NCBI GenBank assembly: GCA_964016885.1 | Contig: OZ024741.1 | Coordinates: 385,578,001 to 385,642,000 of the forward strand | Direction of reading: 5' to 3' | From: Eledone cirrhosa | Taxonomy: Eukaryota | Length of the DNA: 64,000 nucleotides | Shown here: one piece after another, positions 48,306-59,500 of the stretch | How the letters are laid out: each line of letters starts with the position of its first letter | How positions within the stretch are numbered: the first letter of the stretch is position 1 | Program-made: the position numbers and the translations under genes | The notes under the pieces: model-generated | The model's input: only the letters and a program-made list of their open reading frames with translations | Told to the model about the DNA's origin: nothing | Databases searched by the model: none

Positions 48306-51300
48306 TAGAAGTATTTTGTCGGGATTTTAAATGTCATTTATTTAATTTACATTTAGCACACACTTCAACTTTAACATTTCCTCTGTGTGTGTATGTAGTG
48401 ATCATGAAACCTTTACATGAGAGTCTGTGATGTCTTTTGTTTATTAAACTCGTTGTTTTATATATATATCGAGCAGTTTAATAACCAACATCATTCTGAA
48501 ATGTTCAGGTAAGCCTGGCCTGTCCGCTGCGACTAGCCTGGCTAACGTTTGGTTAGTTGCTGGAATGGCAGACCTTTCTTCACTAGCTTCTCTGAGTACT
48601 GTCTTGTGTGAAGCGGAACTTGCTTATAATATTTCCTCTCTTCAGAATACGAAATATGGACTTTGGCGGCTTGAAGTCCATGCTAACTAAGATGGTCAGC
48701 TCCTCAAGACCCATAAGGACCAACGAGACGTCCTGAACGGATACTGTTGTCATTCAGTCCATTTATAAACGCCCAAATATGGGACTGTCGGACACTGGAC
48801 TTTGTGGGCGGTCCTCTATTCTACACCAGTAAATTTCACCAACATATTCATAATAAGGAGGGAAAGGGTCACTGAAATAATACATCATGTGATAATTCCC
48901 GTTTGGAGCTTGTGCCATTCCGTGTTTGTAAATCTAACAGAGATATAGAATAAAGTTATTGTAATAGTCCAAACTTAGGTTTCTGACTTTGTTTGGGGAA
49001 TGGTGCTTCTTCAACCAGTTTATGGGGTGTGGTTCCTTCGGCATTTGATATGTCCAAACACAGCGTCGCCACTCCCCTCGTATCCTGCTGGGCTTCTCTG
49101 ATCAACTGGATAACCATGACTAAATGCTCCATACATCAACAGTATATTTTGGATTTCACCTTTCAGAAGTGAGACATTAATGTAGATTCTTGTAAAGTAG
49201 TCTGTAGGTATGCATCAATAATGGTGACATATATATATATTCCTAAGGCAACAAAACGACAGTCATTAGAACGTTGGATAAAATACCTTACCTTATTCAT
49301 TTCGGCTTTCTGTTCTCTGAATTCAAATCCCGCCAAAGTCAACTTTGCCTTTCATCCTTTTGAGGTCGATAAAAAAAAGTACCAGTCAAGTACTTCTATA
49401 TTTCTTTCTCACTTCCACTCTTTCATTCTCTATCCTTCTGTAGAAGAAATCTGCTGTATTCAGGCCTAGATAGGAAATGGGCTCTGCCAGGCTTAAAATG
49501 CCCTGGAAACGCTGAATGCCACTAGGGCTCTCCTATGACTCCATCAGAAGTTACCAGAATATAACTTTATAATATATATTCCTCAACACTGAGTAGCAAA
49601 ATAATCTCCAGCTGATTGATGTTCATTGATTTTCCCTTTCTTTGAAATCCACACTCCTACTCTATGATTCCACTGTTGCCTTGTTTGTCCTCATCATCAT
49701 CATCATCCTTGTTTAACGTCCATTTTCTCTCATAGAAAGGGTTGGACATGACACAGACAGGTCAGTTCTCAAGTGGAACCACTGACCTTCAGGTGGGCCA
49801 GGAGTCCAACATATGATCTCACACTCTACCGAATGGATTCTGCTGTGACATCAACACTAGTTGAAGTGTCCATGTCTTTGACACAACTGAAGAGTCCTCA
49901 CAACCCTTTATTTGGCAGTGCTTACTGGGTGCATTTATCATGTAGATTACCAATACTAGGGTGGTTATCATGTCCATGGCACAACTAAAGAGTTCTCTCA
50001 ACCCTACATAATGCATTCAGTTTTCTACCAAGACTGTGGTGTAACCTTGAGTAGTTCTCATATCCCTTATAAGGAACCTCAGTCACAGAGTTGAGCTTGT
50101 TCTTGCCTTGTTGACCACCTCCTGGATCTCTTTCTAGCCAAGATCCTTTCCACTGAATTCCTGAGCTGATGCAGATAGATTAATTAAGAACTTACAGTAG
50201 CCTAAATTCTGGATACATAACTAAACATGTCTCTGGGGTGAGAACCAATCTCTGCCTTGGAGTAGGTGAGCTTACCACTGCACTCCTGTCCTAGTAACTG
50301 TTTGCTAGAAAGGCAGCTTGCTTCCTGGCTCTCTTCTTCTGCCTCCTGTGCCACTTATTCCTCCACAGCTCTGTGAGATGTCTCCTCTCCTCCTCCTTGA
50401 ATTGCCTAAGCTGGTTGATTTTACTGGTTCTGTTTAGAATGATGTAGGAAAGTTTCACTGCTCTCTTCTCCACCTTGCACCTGCAAGTTGCTAGACTAAT
50501 GATGATGATGATCAATTTATGATATGTATTACTTGTTAGAGATTAGATATTAAGTCAGCAATCAGTAACTTCTTTTTGTAATGGCCCACTTTGTATTTTT
50601 CAAGTTTTGCCAATGACCCACATTTATTACATAATATCCTATTACATAAACAAATTTCAAAAGGTCTGAGGCCCACAGAAGACATCTCTATAGTCCACCT
50701 ATTGCTGAGTTTGATTTACAGTTAGGGTTAAGGTTAGTGTTAGAATTTAATGTTTAGGGTTTAAGGTTAGAGTTTATGGTTAGGAATTAGGTTTAGAGTT
50801 AAGTATTAAAAGACAGGATTGTTAGGGCTGGAAAGTAGCAATTGTGTTGAAATTTATGTGTATATGTGTGAAAACCAAAATTAATCTAACATCATTTTTG
50901 CACAAGAAATATATAAAAGAATTCAACATTATTATTTAAATGGTGGTTTGGCAGTATCGGTAGAGGGTCGGACAACATGCTTTGTAGCACAGAGTTACGC
51001 CCCTTTCTGATCTGGGTTCAAATCCTGCCGAGGTTAACTTTGCCTTTCATCCTTACAGGGTCGATAAAATAAAGTACCAGTAATGCACTGGGTAATTGCT
51101 GGCCTTGTGCCAAAAGTAGAAACAATTATTTAAATAGTTTACAAAGAGGAAGTATGACAGTATCAACTGATAGAGAGAAGTCAAGGCCAGACTTTCACCT
51201 GCTGAGGCACTAAGCTATGTGAAATCTGAGACCCTAAAAAATATAATTGCTATTTTTTATATTAATGTTAATGATAAAGAATAAAGTATATATATATATA

Positions 51301-51446
51301 TATAAGAACTTACAGTAGCCTAAATTCTGGATACATAACTAAACATGTCTCTGGGAGAGCCAATCTCTGCCTTGGAGTAGGTGAGCTTACCACTGCACTC
51401 CTGTCCTAGTAACTGTTTGCTAGAAAGGCATATATATATATATATA

Positions 51447-51843
51447 TACGAGGGTAATCCCAAAAGTAAGGTCTCCAAAGCCATGGGGACGCAGAGAAAC
51501 TGTTCGTACGGTTGTTGGCAACACTGTTGTGATTGGTGCTTCCTTCACTCCTAAACAAGCATGCGCGCGCTTCGCTGGGATGCTCAATCTTGGGTTAGCA
51601 GCCCTTGAGAATGGAGCTCCCGTTGAACGCTACCGCCAAGTGCGAATTTCGCGCAGTTATTATATAGAGGGCAATCCCAAAAGTAAGATCTCCTTCCGAG
51701 GAAAACATGCGTAAAGATCGGCGGATCACTCTGGATGCTCTCTGCATTTGGGTTCCTGAGGTTTCCCGAAGCACCATCCACAGGATTTTAACGGAAAGGT
51801 TGCAATATCGGAAGGAGACCTTACTTTTGGGATTGCCCTCATA
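51447..51843 (+). mobile_element. Mariner-like non-autonomous element with transposase remnants
   Basis: TIRs TACGAGGGTAATCCCAAAAGTAAGGTCTCC / GGAGACCTTACTTTTGGGATTGCCCTCATA in TA; peptides MELPLNATAKCEFRAVI and DRRITLDAL...VSRSTIHRILTERLQYRK; extra internal TIR at about 51666. Confidence 0.8.
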
Positions 51844-51850
51844 TATATCA

Positions 51851-52182
51851 ATAATATTAATAAATGGAAATTATCTTTATAAAACCATATTTATTTTATT
51901 ATATATATTTCAAGGGTACCAACATTTTTGGTACGCGCTCATCAGATAAAATATAAAAGTTGTTTTACAGATAGCGACATATTCAAAACAAGAATTTATC
52001 GTTTTAAGTTCTGTTTGAATAGAACTTAAAACGATACATTCTTATTTTGAATATGTCACTATCTGTAAAACAACTTTTATATTTTATCTGATGAGCGCGT
52101 ACCAAAAATGTTGGTACCCTTGAAATATATATAATAAAATAAATATGGTTTTATAAAGATAGTTTCCATTTATTAATATTAT
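51851..52182. repeat. Near-perfect palindrome with about 160-bp arms
   Basis: arms mirror around about 52015; each arm carries a hammerhead motif. Confidence 0.9.
52080..52141 (+). ncRNA. Type I minimal hammerhead ribozyme motif (inverted twin at 51892-51953)
   Basis: TATTTTAT-CTGATGA-stem II (GTACCAA/TTGGTAC)-GAAA-TATATA-TA-ATAAAATA; 8-bp stem I, palindromic helix III. Confidence 0.7.
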
Positions 52183-52989
52183 ACTCCCACAATCTTGCCT
52201 CAAGTAGGACAATCCCGTCTAACCCATGCAAGTGTGGAAGATGGACGTTAAACGATGAAGATGATATATATATATAATTTTTGATGATTTAATGTTAAAG
52301 AATAAAAAGTAATAATAAAATTAAAATACTTTTTTTTTTTAATGAGGACCCCAAGGGTGTATGATCCTAAATAATAGCTTATAGGTAAATCCAGCACAGA
52401 GAGAAGGAAGAAAGTTATTCTCAAATCAGTCACCTGGCTCCAGGCTCATTGCTTGATGATACTGGCTCTCTCTACATTTTACTTGCCGATTTAGAAAATT
52501 AAGTGGTGATATACATATTCTTAACTCTGCATTCGAATTATTGTGAATTAAAGGGCCCATCCAGAATGTCCTGATAAAATAAAAATATACTTTTAAAATA
52601 TAGAATTGTTTACAATGTTTGTTACTGAATGATGACATGAAAAAAATTTAAGTATCTGTTTACTATCAATTAGTGGAGTGTGACGGATTGACGCACTTAG
52701 TGATAAATTGTTGTTTTTTTCGCTTTGATTGTATATTTTTGTGAATTTTATTGATAAGGTTCCTAGCAATAATTAATTGATTATATGTATGTATTTCTAT
52801 CTGATAAAAACGTAATAAATTTTAACCTTATATTAGGGAATCTATTGAATGGCACACTAACAAAGGTTGCTTTTAAGTGTGATAATTCTTACAGAAACCT
52901 GTATATTTTCATGTAATAAACTTCTCACATTGCGACAAAAATAAAAAAAATAACTTTTTTTATACAAGAAGATAAAGGAAGAAATACGA

Positions 52990-53060
52990 AAGTACGGAAG
53001 GAAGCCGTCTGAAATATTTCCCGCCATTCTGAAGTTGTAAACAAGGTGAATTTTGAACGA
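52990..53060 (+). promoter_or_regulatory. MCMBP proximal promoter: E2F-type TTTCCCGCC (53017-53025), CHR-like TTTGAA (53052-53057), CGGAAG
   Basis: motifs seen within about 100 nt upstream of the ATG of a replication-associated gene. Confidence 0.45.
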
Positions 53061-53088
53061 AACTAGAATCCATCCTAATATTTACATC

Positions 53089-53146
53089 ATGCCTGGATTA
53101 TTTGATTATGTTAACCAGCCTCTTGAAATAATACAAAAGTTGTTTG
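53089..53146 (+). CDS. MCMBP: Mini-chromosome maintenance complex-binding protein, coding exon 1 (MPGLFDYVNQPLEIIQKLF)
   Basis: catcATG, 58 nt, donor G|GTAAGT; resembles the vertebrate MCMBP N-terminus as I recall it (MPCGEDWLSHPLGIVQGFF). Confidence 0.75.
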
Positions 53147-53902
53147 GTAAGTAACAGCAAATTACTTCTTTTTATAGAAGAAAATTCTTTTGTAGCCTCT
53201 AGTGTATTTTCTTTGCCCAGTTATTCCTGGAGGTGTCGTCGTGACAGAGTTCTCAAACACTTCTTCCAAGGGATCCTGTCAGAAGCAACCGTCTCCAATT
53301 AATCCGCCTAGATCCCCAGGCGAGACCAGCTGAGCTCATTGATGTTATCCAGACCCTTAGGGTTTCTTGCCGGTTAGTTTTGCTCGGAAAATCTGTCAAG
53401 CGATTCTTTTCTGACACATTCTACCCACATGCCTTTGGTATTTCTTATGAAATTTTAAGAAATAAAATATATTGGGCAAGTCTCTTTACTAAAGCATCGA
53501 GTTTACCCAAGCGTTGTGAATGAATTTGGGTAGACGGAAATTGTATAGAAGTTTGTCGGGTGGATTGTACCTGTTATTCAAAGTTCCTGCTTTACACATT
53601 AAGTCACGTTGATCCCGCCTGAGAAGTATGTTAAAGGTACACGAAGTCTGTAGAATACTCAACCACTTACACATTAATTTACGAATAGGGCTTTCGGTTG
53701 ATCGAACGACTGAATATTCACTTTCGAAACCTACAGAGGATCCATCATAGAGACATGGCTGTGTGGTTAAGGTGTTCGCTTCCTAACCACGTGGTTTAGG
53801 GTTCACTCCCACCGAGTAGCACCCTAGACAATGTCTGCTATTATAGCTTTGCGTTGACCAATGCCTTGTGAATGGAAACTGACGGAAGTTGCAGACCCCC
53901 CC

Positions 53903-53935
<33 letters not shown>

Positions 53936-54219
53936 ACGAAGGAAATGTGGTAAGGAACCAGATGGACCACAACGCACCAAAGTACTCAATACTTAGGGTA
54001 GTAGTGTGGGTAATAGGGACAAGTAGGACCCCGACGGCTGAGCTCAAGCCGTTTCGACGATTAATTCTGGACTTCAGAGTCCAGAATTAGCCGTCGAAAC
54101 GGCTTGAGCTCAGCCGTCAGGGTCCTACTCGTTCCTTTATATATATATATATGTGTGTGTGTGTTAGGTAATTCCGAAGGAAAAAAGAGTGCTCTATGTA
54201 TAGAACAGAGCTATTTAAT

Positions 54220-55942
54220 TAGAAAGTAACCAACACAAAATATAACTACTCCATTACCAAAGGTAATAATATACGTCTGGATGGGTCGACAGACAGATGT
54301 TATGGATAAAAGATATGAAATGAGATTTAAAATCTGTTAAAAATTGGAAGCGAGGCTGGAAAAATAACGGGAAATATCCGTAAGAAAAATATTATATAAA
54401 AATATATAGCAATATAGAAAAGGATATGCACACACACATTCAGATAAAAGTAAAATATATACATATATCTACGCATACATATACACACGAACATTATATA
54501 TATATGAATAAAAATAGCCCAAGAAACAAGAATGTCCGTCATCAGTAGCCTGCTGATTATCATTGGTATTTCTTCGCATTAAAGACTAGATACCTAAAAT
54601 CAGTGCGAGCGATAACTAAATTAAGTTATCGAGACAGGAAAGGAAACAAACAACATGGTAGTAATGCAACGTAAAGAGAGACAAGTCAATGAATATTGTG
54701 GGCTTAAGTCCGACAAATCAAATGACGAGAAGAAATAGACGCGGCCAAGCCACGAGAAAAGTGAGAGAGGAAAGAATATTTCACACTGATTTAATGCTGC
54801 ATTTGACTTGCAAACGACATTCACCTGGGTTTCTGCATGAACATCCTGGGATTCCTCTGTCAGTTTTGCCGGTGGTGATTTCGGTTTTATGGAAGGACTG
54901 CAAGAATAGCTAATCTTGGCACAGTTTCTGTTAAAAATTTTGTTATATTTATGATAATGGGGGAAATGTTTACTCTTTTACTCTTTTACCTGTTTCAGCC
55001 ATCCGGCTGAGGCCATCTACTAATTCAAGGAATTTTCTACCTACATTAGTTTGAGTGCTAAAGAGAAGGGTGGTGTGAACCAGGTTATTTTTCTTTTCCT
55101 ATTATTATGTGTAGAAGGATTAGAGGAGTTAGAAATATATTTAATTTGTTCAGTGAATCTGCTCTTTTTAAGGGCCTTATTTCTATATTTCTTCAGAAGA
55201 GGAGAGGGAAGATATCCTATGGCTAATATTAGGGTTGAGGTTTTTAAATACTATGGGAGGGTGGCATGATTGTTTATTTATATATTTAAGATTCTCATTA
55301 GGTTTATGGTAAGGTTTAAATGAAGCAGTGAGTAAGGCAAGGTTTATATCAAGGAAATTTATGTTGGTAAGATTAGTATCTGTAGTAATTTTAAGGTTTA
55401 GGTCAGAGAATAGTTTAATTAAATCTTTACGAAAAGTGTCGAAGTCATGGCCATTGGTGGTATGAGAGACTGCTAGTCCGTCGTCTCGATATAGCCCAAT
55501 GGTATGACCTGGGAGTTTTCCCTTATTGTGTGTAGAAGGAACAAGTCATGCAAATACCCACCAAGAGTTAAGGATATGGCCCCTTTTGAATCAGACTTAG
55601 TTATATGATATATGTGTGTGTCCGTGTACATGTATGTTTGTGTGTATATATGTATATAGATGTATGTATATATACATATATTTTACTTTTATCTGAATGT
55701 GTGTGTATATGTATGCACACGTCTTTTTATATATTATTTTTCTTACCCTTCTTTTCTTATGTATATTTCCCATTATTTTTCCAGCCTTACTTCCAATTTT
55801 TAACAGATTTTAAATCTCCTTTCATATCTTTTATCCATAACATCTCTGTCTGACGACCGATCCAGATGTATATTAGTATTGTCTGGGATCCAGAAACCTT
55901 TGGTAATGAAGTAGTTATATTTTGTGTTGTTCACTTTCTAAT
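54220..55942 (-). mobile_element. Penelope-like element relic: RT fragment flanked by inverted pseudo-LTR copies
   Basis: minus strand GLYRDDGL (about 55474-55497)...NFLDINL...FKPYHKPN...HPP; RKRKITWFTPPFS; NRNCAKISYSC. 54220-54500 is the inverted copy of 55660-55942. Confidence 0.8.
55844..55911 (+). ncRNA. Type I hammerhead ribozyme motif in Penelope pseudo-LTR
   Basis: CTCTGT-CTGACGA-(GATCCAGA/TCTGGGATC)-GAAA-CC ttt GG-TA-ATGAAG. Confidence 0.6.
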
Positions 55943-56100
55943 ATATATATATTTGTAGTATGGTTGCTTGGAAGCATCCATAGGTGGTATGCCGGTTGAG
56001 CACTCTATGCTCCTTCAGAGCAGAGTATAATAATATGGAAAACGAAGAATCAGTGATGCAAATCTTTTGTCTGTCAGGGGATTTGCTTTGAAGTCGTTAG

Positions 56101-56193
56101 ATGTATCTGAGGAACTTGCAAATCCAGAGTCAGGTTCAATCCACAAATAGATCATACCTTGAACTGTTCGCCGGAGAAACAATTGTAATACGT
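56101..56193 (+). ncRNA. Hammerhead-like motif with long, imperfect stem II
   Basis: ATGTAT-CTGAGGA-...-GAAA-CAATTG-TA-ATACGT, inside an element with terminal inverted repeats (about 56030-56245). Confidence 0.45.
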
Positions 56194-57758
56194 TAATAAA
56201 TTGTGTTTCGATGCATCACTGATTCTTCCTTTTCCATATTATATACATATATATATATGTAAAAGGTAAACAGCAATAACAACACAATCGGTACAGTATA
56301 TGGAAGGAATATATTAGGTTAATGCTTAAAATAGCAGGAAGAGGGTCTTAATGTTTCGAACGCTAGTCCTTCATCAAAAGAAAGAAAGAAAAAATAGAAA
56401 GATTGAAGGGACAGGCGGGGTGGAATTGGAAAAATATTTTTTAGAGAAAAATAACAGGTCCATTCATGTTACCATCTCTTGAAAAACTGTTGATGCTGGC
56501 GTTTTGTGTATGATATACTTTTTTTAGAAAAGTGGATGATAGAGAGAGGCCCAGGCCATGTCTAACTTAATAGTACCACCTGGCGAAGTCTTTCAAATTA
56601 TGGGTTCACAACCTAGTTATTTTGTAGACACAGTGGCCCATTCAAGTAAAGAATTGTTGTTTTCAAAGACATGTCCATGTTCAGAGGGGTTTGTCCAGGT
56701 AACTCTTAAATATTGTGGGATCTGTTTCTGTCTTGATGTATTTCGGTGATATTAAAGAGAGCAGGTCCAGTTGAGTGAAGTAGTTTTACTATGAGATGCG
56801 AGTTTGATTTTTGTAGTGAGCTGATAACACGGGGACCGAGCCTCAGGTGGAGTTTAAAGGTGATGCCAACATCATTTTTTCAATATTAATAGAATATTTT
56901 CTACAAGTGATGTAGCGCACACTCTTGCATTGGAGAGAGTAGAGTTTTATTTTTTTTTTTTTTTTCTAGTCGACCTCAATAGTCAAAGTCTGTCATACTG
57001 TCTATCATTTTTGTAATTGACCTCTGGTTTTAGGGGAATCATTACAGAGATCAATAATTGATTTTTTTTTTATTGTCTCTGATCTCTCTCCACCACCACC
57101 CTCTCACTTGATGTTTCTGAATTTCTAGTAACAGGAATAGTGTCTCAAAATGGAGACTCCATAGGATATCACCATTGCTTCCACAGTCGAACATTCCCGA
57201 GAAAGTCTCTCCAGAATTCACGATTTTCCATTGTACCTGGCAATTTTTCCCTACTGAGACTTATATCGTCTGAGAGTTGATCAATGAAGGTTCTTCCTCT
57301 ACTGTCTCCCATGAGCTGGTTGCCACAACAGTAGCTTCTATATAACTTCCTGATTACTTCTCCAGCAAATGTCCTGCAAATTGTAACGGTCAATTGTAGT
57401 TGGGCAAGTTTCCGAACAAACTTTCATTTGTAATATGTTGACACCAGTTTATATTTTGTACAACCCTAAGCATTTTAATCTTATCTTTAGTAAGATATTC
57501 AAAATATTTCTCATGAAAGACACTGCCTATGATTTTCAAATAATTTTGAAAACAGTCAAAAATTTACAGGGTGTTTGTAATATAACTGACTTTCTCTTTA
57601 TTAAGCTGGTGTTTGAAGCATAACTTAACAAAGGTTATTACATAAAATTATACATTGATCTCTTTAATTCTTGCCAGCATGAATATATATTTATATATAA
57701 ATTTTAAATGTTATTGTTTTGTTTTTTTATAACTATATTTTATAACTATATTTTACAG

Positions 57759-57838
57759 ATCAGGAAGGCTCTTTGAAGCCAACATTAGTTTCAGACCACT
57801 TTAAGAAGGAACTAGAAAAGCCATCACTTGCTGCGCAG
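57759..57838 (+). CDS. MCMBP: MCMBP coding exon 2 (DQEGSLKPTLVSDHFKKELEKPSLAAQ); gene continues beyond window end
   Basis: ttttacag acceptor, 80 nt, phase 1-0, donor CAG|GTAAAT; V-x-x-[YH]FK-x-x-L pattern matches MCMBP. Confidence 0.72.
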
Positions 57839-58553
57839 GTAAATTTCTACTTAGATTATTTTGTTTCCTTTACTGTACATTATGATTGCTGTCAAATTTG
57901 TAATCCCTCATCACCTGCCATAAACGCTTGTGCCGGGTTCGAAAGGAGCTGCCTTCCAATGGGCATTGAGGTGTGGAAGTTCGAGAGAGATTACTTAGAT
58001 GAGGTTGCTGTCGAATTTGTAATCCCTCATTATTTGCCATAAATGCTTGTACCAGGTTGGAAAGGGGACATCCTCCAATGGAAATAGAGATGTGGAAATT
58101 CCCAAGAGTCTCTTGCATGATTACTTAGATCAGATTGTAATCCCTCATCCCTGCCACAAACCCCCATGCCAAGCACAGTCAAAGGTTTTTTTAAAGTTGA
58201 TGAAGTTATGATAGAGGTCAGATTTGCGTTGCAGATGTTTCTTGGTTTGCAGTCTCATGTTAAATATCTTTCTGCCAGGTGTTGTGACCAGTAGATAATA
58301 TCAGCAATGGAAAGACCAATTGAAACATCGTTACCTTGGTCTGATTTAATGAGTTCCACCCTACTTGGTAAGCGAATGAGGTCTGGGATCTCATCGATCA
58401 TTTAAAGATTGTCAAATATCAGCAGTAGTATCAGTGCTGGACTATAAACTAAATAAGCTATAGTTTTGGGCCACACACCCCCAGGGGGCCTCATTTAAAG
58501 AAAAATATGGTGTGATAGTTTGCTATTGTGGAATATGAAAATGAAAAGTGGGT

Positions 58554-58838
58554 ATATTTAAAAGCTGTACAATTCAAGTGGGTTAGGATTACTATGGTAA
58601 CAAGTTGGAAAGGAATTAAGAGAGATGAGGTAGAAAGCAAAAAGTGGGAGAAGGGAAAAAAAGAATGACTGAAAGTTGCCTTAGCAATTTAATAGAAATA
58701 TTTCTAATAAATTGCTAAGGTAACTTTCAATCACTCTTTCTTTCATTTTCCTTCTCCCACTTTTTGCTTTCTACCTCATCACTCTCAATTCCTTCTGACT
58801 TGTTACTTTGGAAATTCTAACCCACAGCTTCTTAAATA
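58554..58838. repeat. Imperfect palindrome with about 140-bp arms centred on GAAATATTTC
   Basis: gatgaggtagaaagcaaaaagtgggagaagg mirrors ccttctcccactttttgctttctacctcatc. Confidence 0.85.
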
Positions 58839-58909
58839 TTTTAAATAGATTTTTATTTTATCATTAGTTTTTAACACTAAATTATAAAAAATTATATATA
58901 TATATATAT

Positions 58910-58947
<38 letters not shown>

Positions 58948-59109
58948 ATATAATATATGTACATGTACGTCAATACTCATCTTTTTCCATTTATCTGAGG
59001 GTTCTAAACCCCGTTATCAAGCTAAAAAATTCCTTTAGTCAAAAATACGGTGAAAGCTATATATTTTCTAATTTCAAACTCGCTCACTGTTTCAAAACAT
59101 ACTTACTTG

Positions 59110-59334
<225 letters not shown>

Positions 59335-59500
59335 ACTGAATTAGTCCAGAATTAGCCGTCGAAACGGCTTGAGCTCAGCCGTCGGGGTCTTACTTGTTCC
59401 TATTACCCACTCTACTACCCTAAGTATTGAATACTTTGGTGCGTTATGGTCCACCTGGTTCCTTACCATATTTCCTTCGTTATATATATATATATATATA

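Noticed and set aside
50720-50830. TTAGGG-like repeats (also 45797-45832)
   Set aside because: Short and highly degenerate; no evidence of a true interstitial telomere.
56340-56380. Hammerhead-like TTGATGA..GAAAC on the minus strand (similar relic at 46690-46722)
   Set aside because: Core C3 is mutated and stems are minimal; counted only as decayed Penelope-type ends.
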